From: an uncultured Thermoleophilia bacterium
GTDB lineage: Bacteria > Actinomycetota > Thermoleophilia > UBA2241
Assembly: GCA_963762125.1 (NCBI GenBank)
Contig: CAVXJO010000001.1
Span: 315,940 to 379,939 of the forward strand
Reading direction: 5' to 3'
Length of the DNA stretch: 64,000 nucleotides
Part shown: positions 58,766 through 64,000 of the stretch, piece by piece
How the letters are laid out: each line of letters opens with the position of its first letter
Position numbering within the stretch: position 1 is the stretch's first letter
Notes under the pieces: model-generated
The model's input: the letters and a program-made list of their open reading frames with translations, nothing else
Database searches by the model: none
Told to the model about the DNA's origin: nothing
Position numbers and translations under genes: made by a program

Positions 58766-61728
58766 GACGGTCCCTCCGCGCGCGTCAGGCGGGCGTGGGC
58801 CGGCAGCGAGATGAACGGGACGCCGGGAAGGCCCACGGGCACCCCGGCGGTGCCGGTCACGAGCGACGGGACGAGCACGCAACGCAGGCGCGCGTCCATC
58901 CACGGCAGCCAGAGCTGCACCCACTCACCCTCGCCGACCTCGAGCCGCTCGGCGTCCTCCTGGCTGAGGCCGATGAACGGCGCCGGCGCGCGCTCCGCGA
59001 TGGCGGGCGTGAACATGCTGAGCGGCTCGGAGCCGTAGATCAGGTGCATGGCCACGAGCACGACGTCGCCCGCCTGCGGCGCGAAGCGTGCCGGGGCGAC
59101 GGCCGGCGGCAGTTCGGCGCCCGGAGAGCCGCCGTCCAGCAGGCGGACGCCGGAGGACTCGGCCGGGCCGAGCGCCGCGAGCTCCTCGCCGAACTTGTGC
59201 AGGCCGTTGCCGGAGTTCCACCCTGGCCACCAGGTGCGGGGCCGGAGCGCGTTCGGCGACTGTGGCGGCTGCAGGCCCTCGAGCGAGAAGGCGAGCGGCG
59301 AATCCGGGTCGGGCTCCGGACCCGGCTCGAAGACCGTGCGGTCCGCGTCGATGGCGGTGCGGCCGCTCCAGCGCAGCGGCTGGCGGGCGACCTTGCGCCC
59401 GTCGCGCCGGCCGGCGGGCGCCGGAGCGGCGGCGCGGACGCCGGCGAACTGGGGCAGTTCCATCTCGAGCGCGGCCAGTACGTCGTCGGGCGACTTCCAG
59501 CCGCGCGCCTCCCGGCGTCCGAGCCGTACCAGCAGTTCGCGCGTCCACCGCCAGGCGGGGCGCACGTCGTCGCCGGGAGGCTGTACCGCGAAGTAGCGTT
59601 GCGCCCGTCCCTCGTGACTGACGTAGGTGCCGGTCTCCTCGGCGAAGGCCGCGGTCGGCAGTACGACGTCGGCCTGCGCCGTCAGCCTGTCCTCGAGCGT
59701 CGCCAGCACGATCACCGGCGGGCGCCGGCGCAGGAGGTCGTCGACGAGCAGCGCCGGAGCGCGGCGGTCGAGGTCGTTGTCGAGGACCACGACGATCTCG
59801 GCCTCGCCGCGCGCCAGGGCGGCCAGGCCCTGAACGAGCTTGCCGCCGCCGAGCAGTCCGAGGCCGACGCTGTCCGGCTCGGGGACCGTGAGCACCAGCG
59901 TGGCCGGGGCGTCGGCGCCGACCTGGGGCGCGGCCTTGCGCGCGCCGGCGCGGCGCAGCGCCGCGGTCAGCTGCGCCGCCGCGTGGACGAGCTCCGGCGA
60001 GCCGCTCGAGCAGCCGGCGACGACGAGCGGCGAGTCGCCGGCGCCCAGCGCGCCGGCCCAGCGCCGCGCCACCTCGAGTTCGTCCTCGCCGAGGCCGGGC
60101 ACGGCCGGCGCCTCGTCGTCCACCTCGTGCGCGATCGCCAGCGCAAGGCGCACGAGGTCGTCGGGCGCCGCTCTGTGGGTCTCGGCGGCGACCGCGTCGA
60201 GCTTGGTGGCGTGAGTCGTGGCGATCCAGAGCGCGCTGGGTTCGCGCCGCTTGATGCGCGTGATGCCGGCGTCGTTCCAGCGACGGATGTGGTTGCGCTC
60301 CTCCACCACGTTGGGGCGCAGGTGCAGCCACGTGCGGATGGTGAGGTCGAGCATCGGCGCGGTGTTGGTGAGGTCCTCGCCGAGGACGAGCACGGCGTCC
60401 GCACCGTGGAGGTCGGCCGCCGACCCCAGCCGCAGGCGCGGGTCGGCGGCGATGTCCAGCACCGCGCCGACGGTCCGGTCGTCGCCGTCGGAGAGGCCGA
60501 GGTAGAAGTTGGCCGGGCCGACGAGCGCGCGAAGCGCGTAGTTGGCCTCGAGCGAGGCGCGCGGCGAGCCGAAGCCGATGGCGCGGCGGCCGCGCAGCAG
60601 ACCCGCCGCGGCGTCCAGGGCCAGCTCGCCGTGGAGGACGGCGGCCTGCCCTCCGGCCTGGCCGCCCGTCAGCTCCGGCGCCAGGCCGGATCGAGCTGCG
60701 GCCAGCTCGCGGGCGCTCTCCTCCGTCGGCCGCTCGAGCGACAGCGGCTCCGGCGCCGGCTCCACGAGGTCGGCGCCGGGCGCGGCCCCGGCCGGCGACG
60801 CGCCCATCTGCGCTTGCGCCGGCAGCAGCCCCGGCGCCACCCGCGCCGTCCGCATGCGCTGCGGCGCGTTGACGAACTCGAAGCCGAAGCGGCCGCGGTC
60901 GCAGAGGAACATCTTGTTGACGTCGCGGTTGAAGCGCCCCTGCACGCGGCGCAGTTCGCCGTATCGCGCCGACAGCGTGGTCGTGCAGCCGAGGCCGCAG
61001 TCCGGGCACACCGAGGGCGCCGTCTCCAGGTCCCACTTGCGCGAGTACCGCCGCGAGAACGGCTTGTCGTCGAACACGCCGGTCGGGCAGACCTCGATCA
61101 GGTTGCCGCTGAACTCGCTCTCCAGGGTCCCGCTCTCGGCGCGGCCGAAGTACACCTGGTTGCGCAGGCCGAACACGCCGAAGTCACGACCGCCGGCATA
61201 CTCGTTGTAGAAGCGCGTGCAGCGGTAGCACGTGATGCAGCGGTTGAGCTCGTGGGTGACGAACGGCCCGAGGTCCTGGTTCTCGAAGGTCCGCTTGCGG
61301 CCGCGGTAGCGCCGGTAGCTGTGTCCCGTCATGACCGTCATGTCCTGCAGGTGGCACTCGCCGCCCTCGTCGCAGACCGGGCAGTCGTGCGGGTGGCTGA
61401 GCATCATGAGCTCGATCATCTCGGCGCGGAACTTGACCGCCTCGGCGTCGAAGATGTCCATCTTCGTGCCCTCCAGCGCCTCCGTCATGCAGGCCATGGC
61501 GATCTCGCTCTTCTCCTTGCCTTCGCGGTCGGTCCAGTACAGGCGCACGGCGCACTGGCGGCAGGCGCCGATCGACCCGAGCACCGGGTGCCAGCAGAAG
61601 AACGGCAGGTCGAATCCCAGGGAGAGGGCGACGTCGAGCATGTTGCGGCCCTCTTCGGCCTGGTACTCGTGCCCGTCGATGATGACGGTGACGATCTTGG
61701 GCGGGGCTGCTTCGCGGCCGTCGCTCAC
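58762..61728 (-). CDS. nuoG: NADH-quinone oxidoreductase subunit G
   Basis: CWHP.L..IGACRQC, HPHDCPVCDEGGECHLQ, CITCYRC and the N7 motif CPDCGLGC...LCDRG. Confidence 0.94.
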   Translation of the reverse strand: MSDGREAAPPKIVTVIIDGHEYQAEEGRNMLDVALSLGFDLPFFCWHPVLGSIGACRQCAVRLYWTDREGKEKSEIAMACMTEALEGTKMDIFDAEAVKFRAEMIELMMLSHPHDCPVCDEGGECHLQDMTVMTGHSYRRYRGRKRTFENQDLGPFVTHELNRCITCYRCTRFYNEYAGGRDFGVFGLRNQVYFGRAESGTLESEFSGNLIEVCPTGVFDDKPFSRRYSRKWDLETAPSVCPDCGLGCTTTLSARYGELRRVQGRFNRDVNKMFLCDRGRFGFEFVNAPQRMRTARVAPGLLPAQAQMGASPAGAAPGADLVEPAPEPLSLERPTEESARELAAARSGLAPELTGGQAGGQAAVLHGELALDAAAGLLRGRRAIGFGSPRASLEANYALRALVGPANFYLGLSDGDDRTVGAVLDIAADPRLRLGSAADLHGADAVLVLGEDLTNTAPMLDLTIRTWLHLRPNVVEERNHIRRWNDAGITRIKRREPSALWIATTHATKLDAVAAETHRAAPDDLVRLALAIAHEVDDEAPAVPGLGEDELEVARRWAGALGAGDSPLVVAGCSSGSPELVHAAAQLTAALRRAGARKAAPQVGADAPATLVLTVPEPDSVGLGLLGGGKLVQGLAALARGEAEIVVVLDNDLDRRAPALLVDDLLRRRPPVIVLATLEDRLTAQADVVLPTAAFAEETGTYVSHEGRAQRYFAVQPPGDDVRPAWRWTRELLVRLGRREARGWKSPDDVLAALEMELPQFAGVRAAAPAPAGRRDGRKVARQPLRWSGRTAIDADRTVFEPGPEPDPDSPLAFSLEGLQPPQSPNALRPRTWWPGWNSGNGLHKFGEELAALGPAESSGVRLLDGGSPGAELPPAVAPARFAPQAGDVVLVAMHLIYGSEPLSMFTPAIAERAPAPFIGLSQEDAERLEVGEGEWVQLWLPWMDARLRCVLVPSLVTGTAGVPVGLPGVPFISLPAHARLTRAEGPS

Positions 61729-63077
61729 CACGTCGTCCCCTTGAGCGCCGGTGCGTCCGAGCCGTGGCGCCGGTGGTCGCAGCCGCCGCCCTCGATGTGG
61801 CGTGCGAAATCGTCGGGGAACAGGCGCAGCGCGCTCTCGAGCGGCTCCGTCGCGCCCGGTGCGAGGTCGCAGAAACACTTGTCCGACTGCATGAACCAGA
61901 CACTCTCGCGCAGCACCTCGAGGTCCCCCGGCTCGGCGCGCCCGTACTCGATGTCCTCCAGCAGCGCGGCCGCCCACTGGAGCCCCTCGCGGCAGGGCGT
62001 GCACCAGCCGCACGACTCCTGGGCGAAGAACTGCATCATGTTGAGCGTCATGCCCACCGGGCAAGTCTGATCGTCGAGGAGCACGAGCGTCCCCGTGCCG
62101 AGGCGGCTCTGGACCTCGTCCATGGTGGAGAAGCCGAGGGGCACGTCGATCTGCTCTGCCGGCACGAAGAAGGTCGAGGCGCCGCCCGGGCTGACGGCGC
62201 GCAGCGCATACCCGGGCAGCATGCCGCCGGCGTGCACCTCGATGAGCTCCCGCATCGGCACGCCCAGCGGGAGCTCGAAGCAGCCGGGGTTCGCGACGCG
62301 GCCGGCGACGCCGAAGATCTTGGTGCCGCCCTCGTCGATGATGGACAGGGCCTTCCACCAGTCCACGCCGTGCCGCACGATCGCCGGCACGGCCATGTAG
62401 GACTCGACGTTGTTGACCACGGTCGGCCGCGAGAACAGGCCGGCGCCGGTCATGTGCGGCGGCCGCGCACGCGGGTTGGGCCGCTGGCTCTCGAGCGCGT
62501 TCAGCATCCCCGACGCCTCGCCGCAGATGTAGCGTCCGATGCTCGTGTGCAGCTCGATGTCCATCGAGTAGTCCGAGCCGAGGACGTTGTCGCCGAGGTA
62601 GCCGTGCTCGCGGGCCTCGGCGATCGCCTCCTTGAGCGCCGCGTAAGACGCGTCGTACTGTGCGCGCAAGAAGATGAAGCCGTCTTCCGACTCCGTGGCG
62701 AACCCCGCGAGCAGCATGCCCTCGAGCAGCAGATGCGGGTTCCGCTCCATGAGGAAGCGGTCTTTGAAGCTGCCGGGCTCCATCTCGTCGGCGTTGCAGA
62801 CGATGTACTTGGGGCGGGGAGCATCCGGGCCGAGCGGCATCGTGCTCCACTTGCGGCCGGTCGAGAAGCCGGCGCCGCCGCGGCCGCGCAGCCCCGAGTC
62901 GATCACCAGGGTGGTGACCTCTTTGGGCTGCAGGTCGGCGATCGCGTGGCGCAGACCCTCGTAGCCGCCGGCGGCCACGTAGTCGTCGAGCGTCGCCGGC
63001 CGGCCGTCGGCGCGCATGGCGTGCGTGAACGGCCGGTCGTCGGCCGAATAGCCCGGGAGTCCCGGCCGACTGCTCAC
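61725..63077 (-). CDS. nuoF: NADH-quinone oxidoreductase subunit F
   Basis: LRGRGGAGF, CNADEMEPG.FKDR, YICGE and ESCGWCTPCREG...FC. Confidence 0.95.
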   Translation of the reverse strand: MSSRPGLPGYSADDRPFTHAMRADGRPATLDDYVAAGGYEGLRHAIADLQPKEVTTLVIDSGLRGRGGAGFSTGRKWSTMPLGPDAPRPKYIVCNADEMEPGSFKDRFLMERNPHLLLEGMLLAGFATESEDGFIFLRAQYDASYAALKEAIAEAREHGYLGDNVLGSDYSMDIELHTSIGRYICGEASGMLNALESQRPNPRARPPHMTGAGLFSRPTVVNNVESYMAVPAIVRHGVDWWKALSIIDEGGTKIFGVAGRVANPGCFELPLGVPMRELIEVHAGGMLPGYALRAVSPGGASTFFVPAEQIDVPLGFSTMDEVQSRLGTGTLVLLDDQTCPVGMTLNMMQFFAQESCGWCTPCREGLQWAAALLEDIEYGRAEPGDLEVLRESVWFMQSDKCFCDLAPGATEPLESALRLFPDDFARHIEGGGCDHRRHGSDAPALKGTTW

Positions 63078-63541
63078 GAGTAGCCTCCGAGGATGTCCGG
63101 CACCTGGTCGGGCGACACCGGCCCGTGCAGCTGGTCGTCGACCATCATCGCCGGGCCGCGGTCGCAGGCGCCGAGGCAGACGATGGGCAGCAGCGTGAAC
63201 CTGCCGTCGGCCGTCGTCTGGCCCATGCCGACGCCGAGTTCCGCCTCCACGGCGGCGCGCAGCTCGGCGTAGCCCAGCGACCAGCAGGCGAAGCTGTCGC
63301 AGACGAGTACGACGTGCCGGCCGACCGGCTTGCGGAAGACCATGTTGCCGAAGGTAGCGATGCTGTCCAGTTCCGCGACCGTGAGGCCCAGGTACTCACC
63401 CAGGTCCGCGATGGTCTCATCGGAGATCCAGCGCCGCCGCGCCTGCACGATGCGCATGGCGGTCGCGGCGGCCGCTCGCCGGTCCGGGTAGTGCCCGAGG
63501 ATGCCGTCCAGCTGGCGGATCTCGTCGTCATTGAGGCTCAT
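63074..63541 (-). CDS. nuoE: NADH-quinone oxidoreductase subunit E
   Basis: CDSFAC...CLGAC [2Fe-2S] motif. Confidence 0.93.
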   Translation of the reverse strand: MSLNDDEIRQLDGILGHYPDRRAAAATAMRIVQARRRWISDETIADLGEYLGLTVAELDSIATFGNMVFRKPVGRHVVLVCDSFACWSLGYAELRAAVEAELGVGMGQTTADGRFTLLPIVCLGACDRGPAMMVDDQLHGPVSPDQVPDILGGYS

Positions 63542-63590
63542 GACGCCCACTCTTCCGGCGTACACGAGCGGGACGCCGTAGGCATACCGC

Positions 63591-64000
63591 TCATCGGTCC
63601 ACGTCCGCCATGACGAAGTCGATACTGCCGAGCACGGTCACCAGGTCGGCGATCTCGTAGCCCGTGACCAGCCGCGGCAGCACCTGCAGGTGCGGGAACG
63701 ACGCCGTGCGGATCTTGACCCGGTACGCCGAGTTGGAGCCGTCGCTGATCGCGTAGTAGCTGTACTGGCCCTTGGTGCCCTCCGTGTAGACGCTGGCTTC
63801 TCCGGGCGGCACGACCGGTCCCCAGGTGACGCCGAGGAAGTGCGTGATGAGCGACTCGATGTCGTGCATCGTGTGCGGTTCCTTCATCGGCGGCGTCGCC
63901 AGCGGGTGGAACGCCTTGTACGGCCCGTCCGGCATGGCGTCCGCGACCTGGCGGATGATGCGCAGGCTCTGGCGCATCTCCTCGACGTGGACGGCGGCGC
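63591..64000 (-). CDS. nuoD: NADH-quinone oxidoreductase subunit D or fused CD (C-terminal part; 5' end outside the window)
   Basis: [17 protein letters not shown] and [13 protein letters not shown] terminus. Confidence 0.93.
   Translation of the reverse strand, partial: AAVHVEEMRQSLRIIRQVADAMPDGPYKAFHPLATPPMKEPHTMHDIESLITHFLGVTWGPVVPPGEASVYTEGTKGQYSYYAISDGSNSAYRVKIRTASFPHLQVLPRLVTGYEIADLVTVLGSIDFVMADVDR

Overview
High-GC bacterial chromosome segment. Gene content and style suggest Actinomycetota, probably class Thermoleophilia (inference). No prophage, IS element, integrase or CRISPR array was seen. Left to right: a Fur-family regulator with a fused NikMN-NikQ ECF metal transporter (runs off the left edge); a diheme cytochrome c; DUF3786; two EamA paralogs; an SDR, an SGNH protein, a divergent gcvPA/gcvPB pair (no gcvT/gcvH nearby), a COG3199 ATP-NAD-kinase-like gene and a saccharopine-dehydrogenase-family gene; tRNA-Sec(UCA); a secreted cytochrome c; greA, ferritin, GNAT, ABC exporter, ychF, M28 peptidase, PAP2, ACT/DUF711, rlmN, galT-like; a PAS-GGDEF cyclase beside a DUF4388 protein with MshEN-like motifs; rpmH-rnpA-yidD-yidC-jag without neighbouring dnaA; nfo; a CocE/NonD hydrolase; an AsnB-CofE-like fusion; an S8 protease; an ABC-2 exporter; DUF6951; and an E. 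coli-like nuoD(partial)-EFGHIJKLMN operon on the minus strand. Many genes at 24-42 kb and 47.8-56 kb carry single-base frameshifts, even normally essential ones. These most likely reflect long-read assembly errors, so the affected coordinates are reconstructions. Best leads: (1) the divergent GcvP-like cluster; (2) a ~100-aa basic C-terminal domain shared by two unrelated secreted proteins; (3) the AsnB-CofE fusion; (4) a switch-like 5' leader before the saccharopine dehydrogenase gene; (5) an MshEN-like DUF4388 protein paired with a diguanylate cyclase.
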